Assembly (NCBI GenBank): GCA_046563655.1
Contig: CM102290.1
Span: 4,402,001 to 4,466,000 of the forward strand
DNA from: Yuukianura sp. NJ FZ-2021
Lineage: Eukaryota
DNA length: 64,000 bases
Direction: 5' to 3'
The notes beneath the pieces were generated by a model. It did not search any database. It saw only the letters and a list, made by a program, of their open reading frames with translations, and was not told the origin of the DNA. This document shows positions 53,501 to 64,000 of the stretch, one piece after another (the first letter of the stretch is position 1; every line of letters begins with the position of its first letter). Position numbers and translations under genes: made by a program.

Positions 53501-56500
53501 AGGCGTTTGTTTAGAATCAGAAATTTTTATGGCTTCTGCTCAGATCCACTGACTAGAGTTACAATCTTCATCCAAGTAAGAAATTCGTCATTTAAATTCT
53601 TGAATTTAATGTCTTTCAGAAAGCAAAAAAATTACACGAGAACAGCGTCTCTCAACCGGAACACTTAACAGCACCACCGTCCCTGGCTTTCCTTTCGTAA
53701 CTGGAGAAGGTAACAAAAACTTGTTTGAATATTTTTCAAAAACTGAAGACTTTCCAGCTTGGTCGAAACGGCCGAGGCAGTTGGATCCCAAAAATAAATT
53801 GTCAAATTCGTCTCCCTTCATTTTCATCGCATCCACTGAAAGTCGTTGACCCTCGACTAATTTCTTGTGGCGTAAATTTTGGATTGATGCAAGAAAAAAA
53901 AATGAAAACCTGCGACATGACTCTTGAGAGTTGAAACTTAAATGAAAACAGTACCCGTCTCCTCTGTTTTTGTGTGAATTTCACGCGTAGAATGAAAGTT
54001 TGGCATGATGCTCATGTCCTGTTAATTAGTTTTTACGTTAGTTAACAATTCTTCACTAAAGTCAAAAACTGTACAAAATTTGAGAGTTTAGGAGTGGAAA
54101 TGATGAGAACACTTTTGTGCCTCAAGCAACTTTAATCTTGAGCGTCTGCTGTCTGTCAGCCTCTAGTGACAATGTCCTCAACGTTTGCTTAAAAGCAATT
54201 CCTATCCGTCAACTGAATGACGCTAATTGTGCGTGTTCAAAACTTGTTATTTGCCAGCATCTCAAAGTCATGCATTTGTTTCTACTTCACCTGCCCCTTT
54301 GACTTTAGACGTTCTCTGTCAGTCGGGATTAGTTTCTTTTTGTCAAAACAATGAAACATTAGATTGAAGTTGTTTGATTTTCAGGATTTTGTCTTCATGA
54401 GGGAACAATTTATGCCGAGGGGTCAGCTATGAAGTCCAATTCAGCCTGTGACTACTGTTTCTGCATCCGAGGTCAAATGAAGTGTTCGCAACCACAATGC
54501 GTTATTCCGCTCAATGGATGTAAACCACACTATCGGTCTTTTGCATGTTGTCCAACGAACTATGATTGCAGTAATATTTTAATTGTTAAATTACGTCAAA
54601 AAAGACACTGAGAAAGTAAATTTTTGGTTTTTGTTTGCAGCGGAGTCCAACACAAGTTCAATTATCCAGTCGACAACTTTGTCAACCGCCGTTCCGTCAT
54701 TTCTGAAGGGATGTCGTATTATGAGCCGTTTCATTTACGAAGGAGAGCCGGTTCTTCCCATTCACCTTGAACCGGACAAGTACAACATGTGTCAAACGTG
54801 TTTCTGTCTTGGTGGAACCGTTCACTGCCGACCTCTGGAGTGTGCCCGACCGCTCAACGGTTGCCAACCAATCACAGAAGAGGGACACTGTTGCCCTAGT
54901 CGCTATGAATGCCCGAATACTTCTTCCAATTCAACGGATTTCTCGGGAAAAGTCCAGGAAAATCTGCTTTCACTCGACTCTAAACCTGCTATCAGAAATG
55001 AACCATCCAATGAAAGGCAGCTTAACAGTTCCGGAACAATAGAACAATCCTGGACAACCTCTCCTCCTGACCTTTCAAATGCGTCATCATCAAATGTCAC
55101 TCCGGTGGATATGACCACTCCCTACTCGATTCCACTAAGCCTGGACTCAGGAGCAGCAGATTCCGAACTTTTATTTAATAAGCTTCGATTGGATATTGGA
55201 AGTCGTGAGGATCGTCAGAATAGGAATCAAAATGAAATGACAGCGAATAAGGCATCTTACGAGGATGATGAGAGGGATTACTTATTTGGCGTGCCCAGTC
55301 TCGAAGCAATTGATCATGAGTTGATTTCCAAAATGGCTTTTGAGCGTAAGTTCGTTTCAAGGACGATGAAAGATATAAGGATACTGAGGGAATTTAATAT
55401 TCTCAAAATACATTTCTAGCATGTACAAATCTAATCATTTATTCTAAATTTTCCAAATCCAAAATAGGACTACTGCCTGAGCCTGAGCGACGCTCTACAG
55501 TTAAGGCTCTCAAGTCAATTGGACCTAGCACAGCTCCAGAAGACGCTGGAGATTCTACAGGAGAAAGTTGGACTGAAAGTGGAGATGGGAATGAAATCAG
55601 AGAGACAACTACAACGGAGGTGTCAGTAGTTCGAGAAGTGCCTCAAAACGGTTCCGTGACACCGTTTGAACTCCATGGAAATATAACTGGAGAGGGCAAG
55701 GAACAAATTCCGAATTCAACATCATCAAATGGAGGTGAAGAAATCCATCATTCCACTGACTCAGAAAAGAAATCTAATATGTTGAGAGACGTTCCGACGA
55801 CAACGGAGATGCGAATTCTGGAGACTCCAACGTCACCTCCAGCCACTGTAGCCAATCTTCACTTTATTCCTTTCAGCGTCGAAGATGCTCTGGTTCTTCC
55901 GCCACTTTCCAATAATGCATCTTACAATTCCTCAACTCTGCCACTTCCAGCATCGACGATTAACATTCCTTATGGCCACAGTGACACTGTTTCCAAATCC
56001 AACTTGAATCCTCCGCTCCTTCCAAATCCATATTACCACTCTCCAACTCCAGGATTTCCAAGGATGAACCATTTGATGAGAGAGGTGAAGAAGGACTCCA
56101 TCCAAGTCGTCCCGAGTCCAGAACATCTTCGAGACAGTTTCAGAAATGTGATCATGGATGTGCCCGTTTCCACGAGTCTCTACAATAATGGCTACTATCA
56201 AAATGGAATCATTACCAATTCAGCCGCCCAAGAACTTAATGTCTCCACGTTTCCTGGCCAGGTCTTTGATGACAGCAGTGCAGAAGAGTCGGTTAGCATT
56301 TTGCAAAATCCAACGGATGACAAGGACCCACAATTCAAATCTACCACCATTCCTACACTTTCTCTCTCCTCAAAAACTTCCACCAAAGTTTCTTCAAATC
56401 CTTCTAGAACGTACTCAAAGTTTGGAGTTCATGACTCTCCGTCGCACCGTCATCATGCTACTACATCAAAAAATGAAGAAAACCAAGATGTTTTAGAAAA

Positions 56501-57008
56501 GGAGTCTTCCAGGACCTCACTTTTGAGCAGCAGAGACTACTCCAGTGGAAGTGACCTTGATCCGTTCTACGAAGATGATAAAACTTTGGAAAGCTTTGCG
56601 AACTTCGAAGGAGGTGAAAGTAATGAATTTCCGAAGGGAATTTCATCTGCTTCACCGAAAGTTGATGAGAATCCAAAGCCGATCAGAATCAGTTCGGATT
56701 CAAATCCTACAGCAGAAAATTATGTTCAGCCATTTCCAAGTTACCGCCACACGGACCCTCCTTCGGCCCCACCAACAAGTGGTGGGTCTACACAAAGTCA
56801 GACGTTGCGTCCTGTCGTAACTTTTCCATTTAGAGTGAATCAGGCTAAACCGAAAGAGCCATTTGCCAACATAGGGCTCAAACTTAGTGGTTGTAACATT
56901 TATGGGAAAATGTACAAAGTTGGGAACGTGATTCCGGAACTTTCTGGGCCTTGCATTCAGTGTCAGTGTACAGAAATCGGAGTTCAGTGTTCTCAACAGC
57001 CTTGCTAA
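50557..57008 (+). CDS. Secreted VWC-domain/mucin-like protein B (~967 aa): signal peptide, 3 VWC modules, S/T/P-rich spacer, C-terminal partial VWC
   Basis: Exons 50557-50647, 50753-50845, 52574-52771, 53620-53709, 54385-54570, 54641-55345, 55468-57008 join in frame through phase-1 GT-AG introns (2904 nt). Signal ILHVIVIFVSVPLCFS. VWCs: CRYKAQTY..PCLRCQC..CCPKVVC; CLHEGTIY..CDYCFC..CCPTNYDC; CRIMSRF..CQTCFC..CCPSRYEC. Terminal GCNIYGKMYKVGNVIPELSGPCIQCQCTEIGVQCSQQPC*. The 53620-53709 exon is the least certain. Confidence 0.85.
53219..53302. repeat. Low-complexity AT repeat (ATTT / TACATATAAT) in an intron of VWC gene B
   Basis: atttatttat...tacatataattatttataattacatataattacatattattatttacatat read directly. 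Confidence 0.6.
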
Positions 57009-60000
57009 AAAACAAGAATTGACTCTTGGAGATGTTACTCCCCATTCTCACCAGTATTTTCAATTAATGTACAAATTCAGCAAACTTACTAATACTAAAA
57101 TGCTTATTTTCAGGCACTTGAAGTTGTTGATTTAATATTCAACTGTTTTTTTTAAGTTTTGAAAATAATAATTTATTAAATAAGAAATAACATTATCGGT
57201 TATGGGGGAGGTAGTTGTAGTTATAGCGGGGGAACTGTGGGTGCTCGGTATCAACATAACAGCTAAAAATTTAAGAGGAATCGGAGCTAGAATATCCAAA
57301 GAATGGTGTTGTATTGTAAATTAGTCGGAGTTATCGTTTTACGTTTTTAATTTTTTTTTCAAACCTGTTAAAAATTCGTTATGTTTGTAAATATTTTATG
57401 AAATAATGATTTCATTGTAATTACTTATAAGATCTTAGCAAACGGAGCAAGGACTGACTTTGTGTTAATCAGCTTTATTTATTTAGTGAACAAACTTTTG
57501 TCTGAAATGAGCCGAATAGACTTTTAGAAATTGTTTGGAATTTTGAAGATTCAAATAAAAAATTTTCATGCTTTATGCTCATTTTATTCAGTTTTTTATT
57601 TAAACCGAGAAACAATTCGGTAGCAGGATGTCAGAAAACCAAGAACCATTTGTCAAAGAGTAGAAGGAAAACGAACTACTGTCGTGTTTGAAAAAACTTC
57701 CTGCCAAAAGGCCCATAAGTCTTATTTTTTTTAAATTGGAAGTCTAGCGTCTCAACAATTTTTTTTTTGAAAATCCTGGAAATCCCTTTAAAGTCAAAAA
57801 ATCAACAAGAGGGTTCATCACTGTCAGTGCCTATTCTAATAATAGTTGAGAATTGGATTCAATATGAAATGGATTAAATTTCAAGTAGCCTATCGGCCAT
57901 GCGCCAATTCTTAATTTTTTCACGGGTGTGCCATACGCACTGCCATATCACTTTTCCCAAAAATTTATTTCTGCAACAATCTGCCAACATCTTCTTAACT
58001 CACTCAGTCAGTCTGGCTCCTGATGGCTTCAAAAGCCTGTTTTCTTGATTTAAATTTAGACCAAAAGAGTTATTAACTAAATTAAAATAATATTTTTACG
58101 GCTCAAGCACTTTTACATTTTGAGTTAAAACAGATAAATAAGCTTCCATGGGCTCATTATAGTTAGACAAAGAGGAAATGTAAATGTAACTAAATCTTAA
58201 GACTTTGAAAATCTCGCCTTCTTGTAATTTCTATTTTTTTTTTAAATTTCAGATATTTTTTTTCTGATATTGACTTTCGGCAGCACCTCAGGTTCTGAAA
58301 CGAAAATTTGAAATGGCAATAAAATCGAAATAGTTCGAACCAATTCCTGGAAAACCGAAAACTTATAACTTTTTGGAATTTTTTTTGTCAGTTGTCATTA
58401 CTGACTTGTGAGATTGAAATTGTGATTTGGGATAGAGATTCGCATGTTGTGACTGTGTACACCTACAATGACAATAACACATTTTTGTGTCCAGGATGGA
58501 AATTGAAGGGTAAATAGTGTTTGGAAGTGATGCCTGGAGGATAGAGTTGGGATGTTACATGGGATTGAGTGTCTTGTCCTTTTGAAGCTTCGACACCCGA
58601 GAAAGTAAGGGCCTTGTCTCGAAGAAAGTCAATAAGTTCGGATTCAGAAGGGAAAGAATTTGTGCCTTGGATTAATAGCTCAGAGGCACAAACTGACTCA
58701 CTCTGCTCTTGACAATAGTTTCCAGCGTATCCTCCTATTCCAGGCAACGTAAAACCACCAACTACGACCCAATGGCACCAATTTTACTAACAATACGTCC
58801 TGTAACATCCAAACGCTAATAATAAACCAGTTACACCGACAACTTTACAATAAACCAAACCTCAAAATATTTTTTAAAAGATGAAACACAAATTTAAAAA
58901 AAAACGATTACTACGTTGAAACTGGTATTGAACATTCCTACGTATTGCAAACAATTTCATAACATTTTAAAAGTCCACTTTTTTCAAAAATGTTGTTGCG
59001 TTACGAAAGTTATCTAAACATTCAACTCAGTGTAACCTCCGTGAAACTTGATCCACTTCTTGCTGTTTTACGGTACTTTCTGGAGGTGTGTCTTTTTTTT
59101 CCTGTGCTGCTGGCAACAAAATCTTGATAACATTCCAGTCTGTCACTTGAAGAAATGTATTCATAAGGGACAAGATTTTGTTTCTTATTGATATTTCCAC
59201 ATCTCTTGGCTGAATCCAGGGATCCTTTTGCCACCAAAATTGAAAAGTTCTCCATGTCAAGGGAGATTTTGGTTATTTGGAAAAGATTTGACAAAGAATT
59301 TCACACTTTAGTATTCTTCACCAACCCCTTTCCTACTCATCCCCAAGAGTAGTTCCAAGTGTAACTGGAAAATACTTCCAGCGTGTCTCTCCAGCCACTT
59401 TACCACTGTCAATCTCTCATTGTCACAGTTTACATCTGTACAGTACCCGGGCACTTAGGCCCCTTGGCACACACACCTTACTCTATTCAACATGGCTCAA
59501 CAATTACTTTGGAGCAACTACAGGTTAGCGTATCCTCAAAGTAGGTTCCAGCAGGACAATGGTGACATTTTAAAATTCATACCCTTCCGCCTCTTCTGCT
59601 GTCATGGACTCTCAAAATCAGTTCAACAAAGACTGTTCATTTCTCCATTGTGTTCATCACTTCACAACTTGGAAGAAACAGGAACAGAACTCCTATCTTT
59701 CCACTTGAAAGGAATCTAAGGTCTTAAAGACAATTGAAAACCAAAATCAAATCAATGCTGGAACCGATACAGGATCTGAGGTGCTAAGATGCAAAAAAAT
59801 TGTATATTCTGTACATAAGTTTTATAATTCTAAGCAGGAGTTATAAAATTTCAAAGTAAAACTTGCACCAACTTCGTTAACAAAATTTAAACTTCTATAT
59901 TTAAGTCGAAATTTCACTTTTTTTTTTCAAATTTCCTGTTTTGTTCACCTTGCAATGAATCCAGAACTAAAAAATTTGGTTGAGATTTGACCTTTGATAA

Positions 60001-61242
60001 ATTAGGAGTGTGGTGTAGATCATTTAGCAGGAAGAGAATAATTAGTCGCATCTATGCATGGAGATCGAGATGGTTTTTGAGAGTCGAATAACTTGATTTT
60101 GATTTATTTGATGTAAAAGGAAGAGTTAGGTTGGTGCGGAGGCGGTAAGTGCAAACGAAATTGAATTTTAAGTTGAAACTCCACGGAGAAAGGAGGGGAA
60201 AGTGACTGTGCTTTCTCCAGCGACCTAATAAACGCCCTGTGTCCCCCCTTACACTTTAAGACCTCAGTCCAGAGGGTATGTTCCGCTCAACCATATTCTT
60301 CCAGTCATTTGGTACACACAAATAATTTTTGACAAAAAATACACAATTTTTGAAACAGAGACTTATTTGTTTTGAAGTGTACGTCATTTTAAGCAAGGAT
60401 GAAATCCTGGGAATTTAGAAATTTGATTTGGACACATTGGATATTTCACACACGTATTAAATTTTCATGTGGTTATCTATCACCAAACTATTACTGGTAT
60501 TTTCTTTGTTGCGAGAAAGAAATACGAGAAACTGTATTACTTATCCATGAAGCCTGCTTGATCTCATCTATTTTAGTCTATATCTAGCCAACCATGTTTT
60601 GAAACATAGCTTTATAAAAAATGAATAAATTTTCAAAAATTATGTACAGCATCTGCATTAAAAAAAAACTGTTGTGGGACAAACAACTAAGAGAAAATTT
60701 GTTAAGAATTAGTGACCTCGCAAGACGAAATTTGAGATGCCGGAAAAGTATGGAGATTTGGCTGAAACGGAATCCGATGTTGTGTGAGGTTGAATTAATA
60801 TTAGCAACTTTTACGGAAACTGAGTTGCATTAGTAAGCTAGGAGACTCTTTAATTCTGGTAGGCTTTGTTCTATCTAATAAGTGTTTCGAGCAAAAAAAA
60901 AAATTTAAAAAACGTGAATGAAACCATTGTCTCAAGTGTTATGATCAGTTAACTGTGACTAAAATTTGCAAGCCAAAACTACTTAGCCCTGTCCAACGCT
61001 GTTCGACTGGATAGGTCCGACATTCCAGCGAAACTAGAATTGGCCGTATTGTGATTGCACTGATCTGTGATTAAGCTTTTTGCAATTTATTATTTGTAAT
61101 TCTGGAAAGGCGGTTCGGCGGTGCTACAACGTAGAAGCGCACCATCACTGTTACCCCACTCCTGGTGCATAAACTTAACGCCTTTGTATGGTTTTGTAGT
61201 TAGATATTTGTATTGCACAAGTTGTATTTTTGTCTCGTACGG

Positions 61243-61728
61243 TATAAAAAGGCAGCTTCAACTACCGATTTTGTTCTGTGCTACTACTTGAATTTCCAGA
61301 AGTGAATTGAGCAGAAGTGGACTGTGAGCTGGAGCATTGGAAGGAGGTGGTTGAAAAGTGCGAGTGTTGGTGGCCATCGGTTAAAGTACTGAAGGTTGTT
61401 GGTGTTCGGAGGTCTGTAAAGGTGGGTCTCGATCCCTGCAACTCCCTGAGTCCTTGAGTATCCACCCAGGGAAGAGGACCACCAGCCCAATACCCGGGTT
61501 ACAGGACACCGAATCCCGCATCTTTCAGTGAACCCACCGTCTTCACACGGGAGACAGGGTGGAAGTTCCAGGTGAAAGCAAGCAGAAGCTCCACTTCCAG
61601 CAGACTGGCAGCATCTCACATTCTGAGCCACCAGAGTCCAAACTGGGTTAGGGAGGGTATCACAACAGAAGATCCTACAGGAAAAATCAGGTTCTTTATT
61701 TTTTGATCGGGAAGAAGTGCTTTGGCAG
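61243..61728 (+). promoter_or_regulatory. Candidate TATA promoter and non-coding first exon of the SLC6 gene
   Basis: TATAAAA at 61243, then a GC-richer stretch with no ATG until 61833, donor CAG/GTTAGT at 61728/61729, and acceptor TTTCAG at ~62747 ahead of the coding exon. Confidence 0.45.
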
Positions 61729-62760
61729 GTTAGTAGATCACAGCTTGTTCTTTTCTGGTGCTCGACAAAACCACATCTTCCGAAAAAGGAGGTTAGGAAA
61801 GGTGGAAGGGAGAAAGTTCATTTTAGGCTAAGATGAAGTTATGGTGCCGGCGGGAAGAAGAATCTGCTCTGTCGGCACTTAAAGTCCAGCAGTTAGCAGA
61901 GTAGTTAGACTTAAGAAAGTGGTGCGGAAGAAAGCACTTTTTAGATCCATCAGGTGCTTCCCTAACGCTCTCCATCCCTCTCCAATCATGTAAACATCAA
62001 AGACTAACAGACCTCCAAATTACTACGTTCAGTACACCAAGTTTTTCTTTTGTTCAGAACATACCAGTGTAGCTGCCTACTTGTTCAGAACATAAGAACA
62101 GCATTTGAGTTAACTCGTACGATTAGTTTTTGAGCGTCTCCTCTGCTCCAAAAACGAAGTTTTAGGAAAATCACGTGTCTGGAAGTTCCACATGACTTGT
62201 GAATTTGTTGCGTGTCCCTTCTAATTTAACTTTTAAAACGTTATAATTCTCCAACTTTCTCGAGACAAAAGAGAACAAAGAAAGTTGGATTGCTCTTCTT
62301 GTAAGTGTCCTTTGCACGCACAACCCCAATGAAACAGCTTTCCTTCGACAGACGTTTTCTGCGCGAGCAAAACTTAGTTTTTAGTTGTTTGAAGTCAGTC
62401 TCAAATGATAGGAATCTTGTGTCTACAAATATTCACAACACATTAGCTTCACAGAGCAAAAGAAAATTGTTTTATAAGTGTAAAGTGCAACAAAAATTTT
62501 TGTTTCAAAAGTAAAATTACAACAGTAAAAATTCCGAAATTTTTTTCAAAACTATCTAGTTTTGTCATGCTGTCAATATCAAAGGTACATCAAGAAATAG
62601 CGGTTTGTTGTAGGCAGAACCTTTTAATTTAGCAAAGTTTTAAAAATAAAATTAAAGTGGAATTTTTGCTATATTGCAAATCTATAAATTTAAAAAATTT
62701 ACGAAAAATTTTAAATGCCATTGTGAAATGTTTTAACTTTGTTTCAGGTAATTGGACAAA

Positions 62761-62820
62761 ATGGATGTCCAAGTTGATGTAGGTGCTGCTCCAGTCTTTG
62801 CTATATTGGTGTCAAAGTGA
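62761..62820 (+). promoter_or_regulatory. uORF (MDVQVDVGAAPVFAILVSK*) ending 31 nt before the SLC6 start
   Basis: AAAATGG start context, 19 codons plus TGA, in the same presumed exon as ATG 62852. Confidence 0.45.
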
Positions 62821-62851
62821 GGTGAGCCGACCTTGATCTGTAGTGTGGGAC

Positions 62852-63194
62852 ATGGAGAGGGGGAGCAGTGGGGCTCCAGCCACCGTGGGGGAGGAAGGGA
62901 TTGAAACTTACGTGCCACAAGGCGGGGTGGAAACGGGACTCACTTCAGCGGATGACTTGAATTTGAATCTGGGTCACTCGGATGAGGAAGACGGAGAAGG
63001 GGGTGGACGGATCGAGGAGATTCAGATCATTCAGCAGCAAGTGACCTCGACCCCTGGAGGTCATCTTCCGATGCACAGCGAGGATCGAGAAACATGGGCA
63101 AAGAAAGTGGACTTTTTGTTGTCCGTCATTGGATTCGCAGTGGATTTGGCCAATGTCTGGAGATTCCCCTACCTCTGCTACAAAAATGGAGGCG
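62852..63194 (+). CDS. DAT: SLC6 Na+/Cl- monoamine transporter, first coding exon, most like the dopamine transporter; partial, continues beyond the window
   Basis: [37 protein letters not shown] is the TM1 signature with the monoamine-binding Asp. DLAN..YLCYKN fits DAT/NET rather than SERT (DLGN..YICYQN). Donor G/GTAAGT after 63194. Confidence 0.85.
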
Positions 63195-64000
63195 GTAAGT
63201 CCATTTTTGAAAACATAATTCAGTTACAGCTACTGCCACACTTACCAACAGAAATGTTCAGAGCAGTTTAGTCTGTGCAGGAAAAAGAACAAAAGGGCTA
63301 CCTAGTGTCTGTAGTTGGTGTTTGCTAAAATGACTTTTAGCAAATAACACAAACATTACTTTTAAATAGTTACTACAATTCAGGATTGAGTCTAATTTTT
63401 GTTTCATTTTTGGTGTTTGATTTCTTTCTGCTGCCCCCCTCTCGTTCCGCCCTAATTTTTGTATTCTACTAGCCAGTCTGAACGGTTTTAGTTATTATTG
63501 CATTCATTCGGTTTTAGTCAATTTCAATCCAGCATTACGTCGAGTTTCGACATGGTTCACGGAGATTTCTTCCATTTATTTAGGTTTCAGTCGACTTAGA
63601 AAACCTTTGCCTAGAACTTTCTCCTTATGTCGAAACCCATTTTTGTTTGTGCGAATGAGGACGCTCCAACTTTCTCTTGAAGAATCAACAAGTTTTCACT
63701 TTCACCCTTTGACGGAACGAGCGTTGAAGTACACAGGGTACTTTTGACTACGAAAGACACTTCGGCTTTATTTCTACTTCCTCAAAAGTTGACCCAAAAG
63801 ATTCAAATGAAGAAAGTCATAATGGCCTTACTTTGCTAAGGAGCTATAACATTTCCAAGTCTTATTTGCCAAAATTCCCACAAAGTTTTAATTCTTTTGC
63901 AATCTTTAGTTTAAAAGTTAAGCCGTTGCTTTCAGTAGCGAAGTTAAAGCATTCAGTCGAGAGATTATTTGAAAGAGTTTAAAAAATGTTAAAAGTTTTA

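Noticed and set aside
61262..61631. Minus-strand ORFs of 115 and 67 aa
   Set aside because: No homology; better explained as the antisense of a GC-rich transporter leader.
62050..62094. Direct repeat TTGTTCAGAACATA x2 with a 17-nt spacer
   Set aside because: Only two copies in eukaryotic non-coding DNA; not CRISPR-like and too small for an insertion with target-site duplication.
3297..63194. htt + NOS + DAT as a functional neural gene cluster
   Set aside because: Different orientations, unrelated genes in between, and no shared regulatory signal visible; proximity in a compact genome is enough to explain it.

Overview
AT-rich eukaryotic genomic DNA with many 55-100 nt spliceosomal introns. 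Gene content and intron style suggest a compact invertebrate genome, probably an arthropod (inference). Left to right: (1) about 3 kb with no recognisable gene, whose dinucleotide pattern looks as if it were complemented or reversed rather than reverse-complemented; (2) a complete multi-exon huntingtin gene on + (3297-15112) with no polyQ; (3) a convergent, complete nitric oxide synthase on - (31986-16257) with a long S/T-rich N-terminal extension, uORFs and a Gln-to-Ser change at a conserved substrate-site position; (4) two tandem secreted VWC-domain/mucin-like genes on + (39733-45624 and 50557-57008), both with only phase-1 introns, flanking a 95-aa secreted-protein gene (48213-48609) that the ORF track misses; (5) the first coding exon of an SLC6 monoamine transporter, most like the dopamine transporter (62852-63194, continuing past the window). 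I found no tRNA, rRNA, CRISPR array or intact transposon. All exon boundaries were assembled by hand from splice signals and reading-frame continuity.
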